NCBI RefSeq assembly: GCF_006345805.1
Contig: NC_042997.1
Location: forward strand, 44,764,001 to 44,828,000
DNA: 64,000 bases
Origin: Octopus sinensis
Taxonomy: Eukaryota
Direction of reading: 5' to 3'
In this document: positions 1 through 10,693 of the stretch, piece after piece
How the letters are laid out: each line of letters opens with the position of its first letter
Numbering within the stretch: the stretch's first letter is position 1
The notes under the pieces: generated by a model
Told to the model about the DNA's origin: nothing
Databases searched by the model: none
The model's input: only the letters and a program-made list of their open reading frames with translations
Translations under genes and position numbers: made by a program

Positions 1-39
1 TTTTAAATACTTACAATCTAGAAACAGTAGAGTGAGGTA

Positions 40-478
40 ATTAACCTCTTAATACATTATGGACACATTGAAACTCCGACGTCTGGCAGCTGACTTGGCA
101 GACACCCATACAATTATCAACCATCGCACAAACAATAACTCTGAGCACCTTTTCAAACTCCACCCATCTAACACCCGTGGACATATTTACAAAGTCAGAA
201 AACAGCACAGCTCCCATGACTTCAGGAAACATTTTTCCACGCTGAGAGTTGCTGAAGCATGGAACAAACTGCCGGCATCAGTTGTTAGTTGTCGGAGCAC
301 TGCATCCTTCAAAACTTCCATGCTTTCTGAGATTCGCCAACACTACACCTGATTTTCTCCCCTCCATACACACACAAGCATGTATCTGACTCATACATTG
401 TTCGCTTTCCAGACATTTGTACATTACTGCATATACTCTGACAAGTTGTGGTGCACCTGAGCACTGTATACAATAATT

Positions 479-518
<40 letters not shown>
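40..518 (+). mobile_element. 3' end of a CR1/L2-type LINE with (ATT)n tail
   Basis: ORF 59-352 ends ...KHFSTLRVAEAWNKLPASVVSCRSTASFK, the typical CR1/L2 ORF2 C-terminus (F..RV...WN.LP..VV); followed by a short UTR and (ATT)13 at 480-518. Confidence 0.75.
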
Positions 519-697
519 CTCGTATATCTCCGTTCAGAGATGTCTAGTAAATATATTTTTGAACGAAAATATACGTTCACTGTACTCTGAGATGTTTGTA
601 ACTTATTTCTAACCCGAAATACTTCGTTTATGGTGTTATTCCCGTTTTCTATCATTAACTACAAAGGGCACAAAAAAAAAAGAAGAAAAACCTTTTT

Positions 698-780
698 TGT
701 CTGCTACCCGGACAAATGGTGCTGTACTAAACTAAATCGAGTACGCTGATTCCAAATCTGAACTCAGAATTACTGTAACA
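698..780. repeat. Dispersed repeat fragment; inverted copy at ~15384-15465
   Basis: tgtctgctacccggacaaatggtgctgt...gctgattccaaatctgaactcagaatt matches the reverse complement of 15384-15465; family not identified. Confidence 0.6.
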
Positions 781-940
781 CGTCAGGATTTTGAGTTAGG
801 CGCATAATTATATATTAATACTACATTAGTATCGGGAATGGTTAAGTTCAAGGTAAAAAATTATCATAATAGTATACTAGTACTGTATATAGTATATTTA
901 TGTTCAAGGCAAATATTATTATAATATAATGGTACATAGT

Positions 941-970
941 AGGAGTGGCTGTGTGGTAAGTAGCTTGCTT
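941..970 (+). mobile_element. 5' head (A-box part) of tRNA-derived SINE; target of the element stack
   Basis: aggagtggctgtgtggtaagtagcttgctt matches the start of the intact SINE at 53548 and then breaks into unrelated sequence at 971. Confidence 0.85.
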
Positions 971-3084
971 CCGCACATGCGCGTCAGGTCGACTTCTTGC
1001 CAGTGAACAGTGAGGACGTGAGCTTTGAGCTCCGTCCTAGAAAGAAAAAAGAACAAAAACAGAGAAGGTTGTCGAGGCAAGTGATTTTGTTTTATCTGAG
1101 TTGGGTGTAATTTGTTATATTGTAATTTTTTGTTAACAAATTTCGCCCATTGCTGGGACAATTTCGCCTGCTCTCGGAGGCTGCTGTTTTGTGAATTTAG
1201 TGTGAATTTTTTGGATTCATTTTAAAAAAACAGTGGAGGGGTGTATCCTCGGCCGAATGATTAGAACCTGTTACAGTTGCTGTTGCAGTTACCGTTGGCT
1301 GTGACCAGTTTTGTGTTTGGATTTATTGGAGTTCTTTTACCAATTACGGGAAAAAACGATTCATACCAAGGAACCTATATGCATTTGACCGGGAATACCT
1401 GTGGGCCAGGAAATTGGAGTTTTGCTGAGTGAATTGTTTTCCTTTTTTCCGTCTACCCTTCCTGTTTTGTTTTAACTGTTTAATTATTTTTTGGACTTTA
1501 TTATATTTTTTGCTGTTTCTGTTAACTTTTGTGTACCAGTTTTGGACTTATTCTGTGACCTTTGAACTTTCTTTGAACTTTCAAGACTTTCTTTTTTGCA
1601 CATGGCAAAAATAAACGGTGTCGCTGCTTTGGAGTGGGAGGTGGTCCCACCCAAACAGTGGATTAAAGATCTTGAGAAGAGGACGGTGGTGCTACGGACC
1701 TATTCTAGGTCGCGTGGTGCCATCACCCTCTTCGACAAGAGCATAAATGAGAGAGAGAGTTGGCAGACTACCTGCCAACTATAAAATTTATTTCACGGGG
1801 GACCAAATTTGCAACGGTCTGGTTGCTGTTTGGTACCCCCGAGGAAGCTGGCAAATTTGCCAGCGAGCCCCTTGAGGGGAATGAAATTTTGTTCTCCCCC
1901 ACGTATTGTGGGAGGAAGATAAGAATAGCCTGGGTATGCGGGCTGCCCCCGGGCACGGAAGCGGGATGGATCGAAGATACCATCCGGCGAGGCCTGGGGG
2001 ATAGCAGGCCCGGGCTATTGAGGGTGGATGTTGCTCCTGCGGTCGACTGGGAGGGGTCAAAGGCAACTTTGACCCTGTGGACCCCGGTGGCCGTGGGAGT
2101 ATTTGACATTCCCAGACTTCCTAAATATGGCCGGGGACAGGTACCCGGTGATATTTGAGCCCCCCCCCCAAGTGTCACCTGTGCCTGGAGCCTGGCCATA
2201 TCAGGAAGAACTGTACCAAGGCCCTGAAAAGGAGAAAGTGCCCGCCGCCCCTTCATTGGAGGGGGAGAAGGTGGAAGTTTTCTCCACGAAAAGAAAAAGA
2301 AAGGTGGGCAACAATGGTTGCTCACCAAAGAATGTACAGGCCGCGGAGGAGAGTAGCGACCCCCTGCGTCTGTCGACGTAGCCCCCTGCTTCCGCAGCCA
2401 CAAAAAGAAAGAGGAAAAAGAGGAGTAGAGGACGGTCGGTGGATGTTCCTGGGCCGCCGACGGAGCCGCAGGTGGGATAGGGCTCCGTCAGTGGGAAGTG
2501 TGCCACTGACGGAGCAGTGTGAGGTTCCTTCCTGTGACGAGGAGGTGTTTGTCCTCCTTTACCACGAGAGAGGGACGGTGAGTAAGTTTTTGGACGGCTT
2601 GGGTGGCTGAGAACGTGTGTACTCGGTCTGCCCAAGTAGTCCGATATGGCCTCCGCTGGTGGCTACGGAGGTAGTAACGGAAAACATTTTGTCAAAGGTC
2701 ACAGCGACCTTTGACAAGAAAGAATTTGCTTTCCTCTTTGCAGGCTCCGACTTGTCGTTGCAGAGTTGTCTGCAGGCGGCAAGTCACATTGCTTGGGGGA
2801 CCTGACAAGGAGAATTGTTGTAAATCTATGTGCTGCCCTTGTGGCAAATTAAATGAAATAAAGTAGCTTGTAAGAGGTTTTAGTGCCTCCTTCTTGTAAG
2901 AGGTTTGAAACCTCATATTGATTTTTAAAAAAGAAAATATGTTTTCGAGAAAAATCCAATCGGCGGATGTCGGGTTTCGTCTCTCCTTTATTCATTTTAA
3001 TTCATTTTCATTCATTAATGTGTTTGTCTAGCCCGCAAAGCTACACAATCGTTGTACTGTCTATATGACAAATTTTATGAAACA
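971..3084 (+). mobile_element. ORF1-only L1/Tx1-like retroelement, copy A
   Basis: Bounded by aagtagcttgctt at 958-970 and 3085-3097; colinear with copy D (5'UTR, ORF1, 3'UTR ending aattttatgaaacaaa); no APE or RT sequence. Confidence 0.8.
1602..2805 (+). pseudogene. Frameshifted gag-like ORF1 of copy A (RRM-like region, CCHC knuckle, basic tail, C-terminal HIAW domain)
   Basis: Joined frames read MAKINGVAALEWEVVPPKQW...FATVWLLFGTPEEAGKFASEP...CHLCLEPGHIRKNC (C-X2-C-X4-H-X4-C)...KRKRK...SHIAWGT*. Confidence 0.75.
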
Positions 3085-3097
3085 AAGTAGCTTGCTT

Positions 3098-4546
3098 CCG
3101 GTTACCCATAGTGCATTTAGTTTGTCGTTTGTGTGCGAGTCGGACGTCGGTTTTGTTGCTACGGTAAGACAATGTACTCAGACCTTAGCGGGTCTGAGTT
3201 GTCTTCAGAGGAGGAGCTCGTGAGGGCGGTCATAGCGATGGACAGTGTGCTAGAAATGTCCAGGAGTTTTACAAAGGCCACGGAGAAGAAACGAAGGGAG
3301 TTGGACTTGGCTGGTCTGAAAAATTATGACAAGATGTTACAGAAGGTGGGAGGGGACGTAAGGCTGTCGCCCCCCAAAGGAATTATGGAGAAGATGGAAA
3401 GGAAAACTATCACCTATAATATGTTCTCTTTAAAAGGAAAAAAGGTTGAGCAGGTGGAAGCGGATACAGAAAAGGCGCTAAGAGAGAAGTCTAAAGAGAT
3501 TACATATATCACAAAAGGAAAAAGATATGGCACAATGGTCGTCCAATTTAGGACAGCTGAAGAGGCAATGAGGCTGGCGAGTGTGGCGGTAAAAACGGAG
3601 GAGGTAGTGCTTCTGCCCACATACTTGGGAAGAAAAACTTCTAAGGTGAGGGTAGAAGCAATTCCACCGGATGTATAAGTGGCTTGGGTAGCGGCAGCTG
3701 TCCTTGTGGGAAGCGAGGAGGAGGTGGCTGTCCTCCAAGCCACAGAAAGAGAAGAAGGAGGGTGGAAAGGAATGACGCTCGAGTTAATTTTTCAGACGGA
3801 GGAGGGACAACTCGAGAACTTGGCAAAGACTGTGACGCTGGGGAAATCGTGCTGAGGGTGTGGGTAGAGGGCAGAGTACCACGTTGTTTTAAATGTGGCC
3901 AAACGGGCCACATTAGAGCATACTGCCCTCTACGAAGGACTATGGCTGAGGATATAGTTGCGGAGACAGAAGAGAAAAGAGAGGAAGACAAAATAGACGG
4001 AGGAAACGATAAAAAGGAGGAAGAATGGAAAATTGCAGAGCGCAAAAGGAGAAAGAGGAAAAAAAAGAAAAGACACTGAGTATGATGTGGCACCCCAGTC
4101 CAACCCCATACCACTCAGACCCACCCTCCCCATACAGACATCAAACCCACCCACCCCATTTCCCCTCAAGAAAAAAAGAAAAAGAAAGAAAATACACCAC
4201 AAAATTTAGAAGAACCCACCCTCCCGGTGAAAAAGGTTATGAATGCATGACGGAAAGAATGTTATCTTTAAGTGACAGGGAAAAGGGAAAAAAGGATTGG
4301 ACGAAAAGAGAAAAAGGACTCAGGACCCAGAGACAGCGAGTGGTGTTACTCAGTGTGGGGTGAGTAGCACACTCTTCATAATATCATTTTCAGATATCAT
4401 TCATATTATCATATTTTAATTTATTCTTCATGTGCATTTTCATGTTCATTCATTATATCATATTCTATTTCTTAATTGTTATATGTCCCCACATGTGTTG
4501 TAGTGTCCCCTCTGTGTATTGCCTTTATGGCAAATTTAATAAAATA
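3098..4546 (+). mobile_element. ORF1-only L1/Tx1-like retroelement, copy B (divergent ORF1 lineage)
   Basis: Lies between aagtagcttgctt (3085-3097) and aagtggcttgctt (4547-4559); ends ggcaaatttaataaaataaa; contains no ORF2. Confidence 0.75.
3172..4363 (+). pseudogene. Disrupted gag-like ORF1 of copy B
   Basis: MYSDLSGSELSSEEE...LLPTYLGRKTSKVRVEAIPPDV*...VWVEGRVPRCFKCGQTGHIRAYCP...KRKKKKRH; one in-frame stop and frameshifts; the 3' limit is approximate. Confidence 0.7.
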
Positions 4547-4559
4547 AAGTGGCTTGCTT

Positions 4560-5348
4560 ACGCGCATGCGTGTTTGTTCGTTGCTTATTGGATTGAACAC
4601 TGTCAAGACCGTTGGTGGCCGTCTTGAATCGAAGAACTGTTGAAGAGGCGCGACTGCAAGGTAGGCACTTGCTTTTTTTTTTAGGGATTCGGTGGGGATT
4701 TTGTTGCTTGACATTGTTTTTCTTTTTTCAAATGAGAAAGTCTTCATTGGGTCTCGAAAATTTGTCGGCTGCAGCCACGCTCAAGTAACTCACTAACCGG
4801 TGCGAATTGTTTTTTTTTGGTGAGCGTGTCTCACTACCAAAATTTGAAAAGTTTATAAAAATTCGACCCATCCGTGGAAGAATGTGGTTTTTTTTTGTTT
4901 TTTTTTTTTTGCTGCTACAATAAACTGGAGTACCAGTGTGAAGCAATATTCTGGAGGATTACCTGTGGACCCGGATTATCTAAGTGGTGGAATTGTGTTG
5001 CCGTGCTGGAACTGTTTTCCTTCGTTCTTTTCTCTGCTCTGTCTTTTTGTTCTTTCTTTGTGTTTCTTTGGACTTTTATTTGAATATTTTGAACTTTTTT
5101 CTTGAACATTTTCCTGTTTTTGTTTTTTTAAAAAGCATGGCAAAAAATAAAAACACTGTCTTTGAGGGGGAAATTGTGCCTCCCAGGCAGTGGGTAAAGG
5201 ACCTTAATGAGAGAGCGGTGGTGTTGAGGACATATTCCAAGTCCCTCGACACCATCACTGTGTTCTCTCAAGTACATATTGAGAAGGAGTTGGCAGAATA
5301 CCTGCCAACCATCAAGTTTATTGCAAGGGGTGTCAAATAGGCAACTGT
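4560..5348 (+). mobile_element. ORF1-only-type element copy C, 5' part (interrupted)
   Basis: Starts acgcgcatgcg like copy D; ORF1 from ATG 5137 (MAKNKNTVFEGEIVPPRQW...YLPTIKFIARGVK); the continuation WLLFDTPEEARIFA resumes at ~5782. Confidence 0.75.
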
Positions 5349-5763
5349 ACTTCTTACCGGGCTGTTTGGTTCATACAATATTGTGGAGAGGGAAATGTTT
5401 AGTTCCTTTTTGATGACTTCCAGTCCACATTATGAAGGTTTCTTGATTTACATTTTTGGCGGGGTATTGAAAAGCTGTGGGCTTTTGAACCCTAAGTTAT
5501 AGCAGTACTTAGTCCCGATTTTAGATAGAGTGGGCGGTACCTTTGGGGGAAAAAATGGCGTCCAGTTCGGAAATTTATATAACACTCTATGCCGAAATTA
5601 GGTACTAGCTCTTCCAGAATTTTCCATTTATAGATTTTTACATATCTGTCCGCCTTCGCTCCAAGGAATGAAGTCATAGTTTGTTCGGCCTCTTCCTGTT
5701 GTACATCTGCTACACTCTCTCAATTTTTTTAGTGTAGTGAGGTTGGACTTTTTCAAGCTTCAT
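5345..5763 (-). repeat. Inverted duplicate of CR1 segment 6797-7198
   Basis: Near-identical reverse complement; ORF 5492-5677 mirrors ORF 6884-7114. Confidence 0.9.
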
Positions 5764-6060
5764 TGATACAAGTTATCTGCATGTGGTTGCTATTTGATAC
5801 TCCTGAGGAGGCTCGCATTTTTGCAATTTACTAAATGATACACAGCATGGCTTCCGAAGCTTCATTGATACAAGTTATCTGCATGTGGTTGCTATTTGAT
5901 ACCCCTGAGGAGGCTCGCATTTTTGCAATTTACTAAATGATACACAGCATGGCTTCCGAAGCTTCATTGATACAAGTTATCTGCATGTGGTTGCTATTTG
6001 ATACCCCTGAGGAGGCTCGCATTTTTGCAATTTACTAAATGATACACAGCATGGCTTCCG
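5755..6060 (+). repeat. Tandem triplication, 3 x 102 bp chimeric unit
   Basis: Units start at 5755, 5857 and 5959 (aagcttcattgatacaag...gcatggcttccg). Confidence 0.95.
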
Positions 6061-7370
6061 CCCTGGAAGAAGCTGCCTCACATAACTCTTACAGCACTAT
6101 GACTGGGTTTTGAAACAGCTGCTTGACCATTCAGATATCAATATGATATATCTTAACTTTGGAAAGGTACATCGTTGCATGATGTGTCAGAATCTGCGAG
6201 ACATTGGCACAGCTGGTAAACTGGGAGAGTAGCTGCATGACTTCCTAAATGATAAAAGCCAGGCAGTTGCAGCCAACGGCACTCTCTCAGAGGAAACCCG
6301 CAGGGAACTGTCTTGGGGACCATTACTATTTATATTAGCTCTCTTAGATATACCCATGATCACTCAGACAACCACTGTCACTAACTATGCTGATGACACA
6401 AAATTATAACAGACAAAAGAGAACTCAAACGATGTCACAAGTTTACAGCGGGACTATATGCAATATACAAGTAGGCTGAAGATAATAACATAAAGTTTAA
6501 TGCTGGAAAATTTCAAGCATTGCGCTATCAGCTCATAAATGCAGCCTGCATATACAGGACCCAAATGGACTGCAATCCCAGAGTCACAGACAGTGAAAGA
6601 TTTAGGGATCAGTATGTATAATGGTGCATTATTTCATATGCACGTTACTAACATGGCAGTAACATGAGATAACTGGCAGGATGAATACTAAGATCCTTCA
6701 AGACCAAGATGCCATGTTCATCCGGTGGAAGACCCTTTGTTCTCAGCCGCCTGAACTATTGCTCTCAGCTGTGGTCACACATAGTGCCAAACTAACAGTG
6801 AAGCTTGAAAAAGTCCAACCTTACGACACTAAAAAAATTGAGAGAGTGTAGCAGATGTACAACAGGAAGAGGCCGAAAAAACTATGACTTCATTCCTTGG
6901 AGCGAAGGCGGACAGATATGTAAAAATCTATATATGGAAAATTCTGGAAGAGCTAGTACCTAATTTCGGCATAGAGTGTTATATAAATTTCCGAACTGGA
7001 CGCCATTTTTTCCCCCAAAAGGTACCGCCCACTCTATCTAAAATCGGGATTAAGTACTGCTATAACTTAGGGTTCAAAAGCCCACAGCTTTTCAATACCC
7101 CGCCAAAAATGTAAATCAAGAAACCTTCATAATGTGGACTGGAAGTCATCAAAAAGGAACTAAACATTTCCCTCTCCACAATATTGTAAGAAGTACAGAT
7201 GTGGGAACAGAGTCAAACTACCTTACATAGCAAATGGACCAACAACAAAGACAAAAAGCTCACACAGAAATGGTGATATACAATTCCACCACCATGAAGA
7301 AATCAGCCAAAGAAGAATGATGTGTAAAAATACAAAATCACGGCGGTGCTTCAGGAATATGGTTAAAACG
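6031..7370 (+). mobile_element. Degenerate CR1/L2-type LINE RT and 3' region
   Basis: NLLNDTQHGFRPGRSCLT*LL..., NYADDTK at ~6383-6403, and LGFKSPQLFNTPPK near the C-terminus; many stops. Confidence 0.85.
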
Positions 7371-7382
7371 AGTATATATATA

Positions 7383-8109
7383 CTAGCAGTAATACCCGTC
7401 GTTCATCGGATAATTACTTTTACTCTTTCTCAGGAGTCACATTCAAAGTATTATTACATATATAATAGATTTCTCAACGGGGATTTCAGGGGAGAGTTTC
7501 AGGGAGTCGCTGGCGATGTATCGTGGTGATCAAAAATCCGGCCTGCTAAAATTTGGTTAAAGTGATTCAAACTGCAGACTCAACGCAAAATGGTCACAAT
7601 TAATTCCAAAGCGTTAAAAATGTTATGAAAACAATTGGTATGTGTTCACAAAGTCCAAACGATTAATACGAAAAAATCCTCCAGGCTACATCCCGAAAAT
7701 TCATTTCTTTGCCGAATTTCTACAATGTTTACGGCGATTCGTTTTTATTTCTTGATTTTTTATTTTTCATGCAATTTACGCATGCTTGCACGCATGGTGA
7801 ACACAGTTCACGTCAAACAGCTGAGTAAAGTTCACTATTCAATGCATGGGATAAGGCCTAAACAAACACATTATCGATCTTTGCACTTGCGAGATGAATT
7901 TCGGAACAGGGCCGATGCCGAACCCCCCTGGCACCTGTGCAGGTGGCACGTAAAAAGCACCCACTACACTCGCGGAGTGGCTGGCGTCAGGAAGGGCATC
8001 CAGCTGTAGAAACTCTGCCAGATCAGACTGGAGCCTGGTGCAGCCCCTGGCTTCCCAGAACCCGGTCGAACCGTCCAACCCGTGCTAGCGCGGAAAACGG
8101 ACGTTAAAC

Positions 8110-8163
<54 letters not shown>

Positions 8164-8321
8164 ATAGCGCAGTTCAATTTTCATTCGCCTAAACTTTAAG
8201 TGACCCATTTTTGGTGGTTCTACGATTTGTTGGCTAGGAGGAGATGTGCCGGGAAGTTAAACACACAGACACACACACACATACACACACAGACACACAA
8301 GTTGAGTTTTATATATAGAGA
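7383..8321 (-). mobile_element. Non-autonomous Helitron-like element with nested SINE
   Basis: Minus strand starts A|TCTCTATATATAAAACTC (8321) and ends ...ccgatgaacgacgggtattactgCTAG|T (7383): TC/CTAG termini, A-T target and a subterminal hairpin. Confidence 0.6.
7910..8162 (+). mobile_element. SINE with RTE-like 3' tail and (GAT)n end
   Basis: ggcacgtaaaaagcacccactacac...aacggacgttaaacgatgatg; related copies at 31478-31817 and 45200-45352. Confidence 0.75.
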
Positions 8322-8409
8322 TATGTATAACCCTATTGATATGCTCTTTGGCTTGTCACCTCTCTTTTCTCTTTCTTAATGCCTGTTTACAACGCCATGC
8401 ATAATCCTT

Positions 8410-8590
8410 TCTACTTTAGGCTCACGGTCTGAAATTCGTGGAGAGGGAGGTACTCGGTTACATCGATCCCAGTATTCAACTGGTACTTATTTTATCGAGC
8501 CCGAAATCAATGAAAGACAAAGTTGGCGACGGTTCCATTTGAACTCAGAACGTAGAGAGCCGGAAGAGATGCCGCTAAGCCTTTTGTCCG
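8410..8590 (-). mobile_element. Degenerate tRNA-derived SINE (second family)
   Basis: Reverse complement resembles 63256-63480 (ttctgagttcaaat B-box, gataaaataagtaccagtt core). Confidence 0.6.
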
Positions 8591-9199
8591 TGCAGCAATG
8601 TTATTTAATCACTAAAAATAGCTTACATTTAAAAAATGATTTTCAATCTATCGTTTGCCTTTCGTTACTTCAAACATATTTACGATCTCATGGGTATTGA
8701 AATTCTTCTAATTCCATTATGAATTGTACTTCCACAGGTATACAAACATCAGTTTATTCATCTGAATCAACATTTCTTCTCAGGGGATTTTCCTATTTCT
8801 CACAAATACTCGAAATGGGGTGTTGAACTACTCTTCTTTCCTGCAAGCCACCCCCCACTTCCTGTTGAACAGAGAGAAAAAGAAGATGAAGAGTGTCATA
8901 GTAACCAATTACTTGCTATCGTGAGCAGAGTGTGTGAGTATTTGGATGAAAGTGAGACAGTTGACACCTCTCCCAAAGTCTTATTATTCGCTATGTAAAA
9001 ATGAGAACTTGGTTTCTATTCTACAAAACCGAACTGATGGACTTAGAAGTAATTAATTATCAAGTAATTAACTGATTCTTTACGCAGGAACCAGGTCACG
9101 CATTTCTGGACAGGGTACAGACGTTTTTAAACTGGCTCCAATATTAGAAATATACGTTCTTCTTTCAAGTATTATTGTTTTTCATCTATACTGTATGCT

Positions 9200-9470
9200 C
9201 GTTGAAGGAGTGCCGCCAAATGTGACTTTTGCCGACATGGCCAGACTCACGAGATCATTGGAAGTGATGTCCAGTTTAAAATTCTAGAGGATGGACGCTT
9301 TTGGGGATACTGCAAGTAGTGTTAGAGCACCAAAGTGTTTCAGTTCGGAGAGAGAGGTTTAGTGAATGGTAAGACACAACAAAGGGGATGAGCTGAGGAG
9401 TCCCAGTTCATTCGGGTTGATCGGAGAGGAGGTAGTACACTGCTTATTTGGTTGTAGGACTAGTACCTGG
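9200..9470 (-). mobile_element. Possible degenerate L2/CR1-type 3' fragment
   Basis: Weak resemblance on the minus strand to an ORF2 C-terminal RT..LW motif; heavily decayed. Confidence 0.3.
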
Positions 9471-9529
9471 AGAAGAGACAAAAAAAAAAAAAGAAAAAGA
9501 AAAGGAAACTGTGGCTGTATGTTTCGTCT

Positions 9530-9872
9530 ACACTCACCTCTTTATGAGAGCTCAAAATCTCTCGTGGAAGCGCCATCCAACCAAAATGCAAATATATGGG
9601 AAACTACCACCTGTGTCATCTCTTGTGAAAGATAAGAGAGTCCAGTTTGCTGGACATTGTTGTAGAGCTGAAAAAGAGGTAATTTCTACTCTTCTCCTCT
9701 GGAAGCCATCTACGCGCAATACCAGAGGGCGCACACTCTCCTACCCTGATGTAATCTCCAGGGATACAGGCATCCAGCAACAGGACCTCCGTAATGCCAT
9801 GATGGACCGTGAAGTCTGGCGTAGCATGGTAAATTCCATTGTCTCGACCACGGTCGAACAATGATGATGATG
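9530..9872 (+). mobile_element. RTE-clade LINE 3' end
   Basis: ...RVQFAGHCCRAEKEVISTLLLWKP...GRTLSYPDVISRD...AMMDREVWRSMV, followed by a (TGA)n tail. Confidence 0.8.
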
Positions 9873-10693
9873 TTTCGTCACTGGATAATAAATTTATTTT
9901 TTATTTGAATAAAAATAAAGTTAATACAAATAAGCCTCTTTTTGAACAGTTGAATTTTATTTCAATGGGAAAATAATGTTCCTTCTGTTAGAAAATTTGG
10001 AAAAGCCCGGAAATCAAACAATGTGTCTGTAGGGCTAGTAAGAGTTGATAAGTAAAAAAGTGAATCTTTGCTAAACAAGCGGTTTATATTAACAGTGGTA
10101 GAAACAATTACAGTAGCGATGGAAGCAAAGATGGAAAACAGTGTGTCTGTGGGCTTGCAGTTGCAGTGGTTAGAGTGAATTATTGTCAAGCAGGCGAACG
10201 ACAGCTTTTGATTTAGACGTAGCCTTAATCAGTTATATAGGCAGCAGCTGCTCTGCCTCAGACATGTGAACAGTACTTTAATACGGGTCACACCCAGGCT
10301 CCGTAGAGGGTCATCAGTTGTCTCGAACTGAAATGTTTTCTGACACTAAGATATCTAGCTGTACAGTTTTTAGCATGCTTACAGATTTGTCGTCGCCTTA
10401 AAATATTGCAAGAGCTGGTGAGCTCTAGTATTTGTAATGAGTTTGTAAATTTTAGTTGTGTTCTTCAATAGGGATGGTAAGGCTTGACAATGATTTTCTT
10501 TGATGAATAATGACTGTTTCCCGCTCATGAGTAACAAAATACAACGTTTCGTTTTCGACATTTAAAAATTTATTGATAATATCTAATAATAATAATTTTC
10601 TGAAAAAAAAGCACAAAGCCAACTATTTTTGGGTTGGTGATGTGGGAGGGAGGAACAAGTTGATACTTACGATCCATGTATTTAACAGGTACT

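Noticed and set aside
1077-1097. Reverse-strand resemblance to the AATAAAGAAATCACT junction motif within copy A
   Set aside because: Short, gapped and AT-rich; chance is plausible.
5755-6060. CRISPR-like or other prokaryotic array
   Set aside because: The units are contiguous near-identical 102-mers without spacers, in a eukaryotic transposon context.
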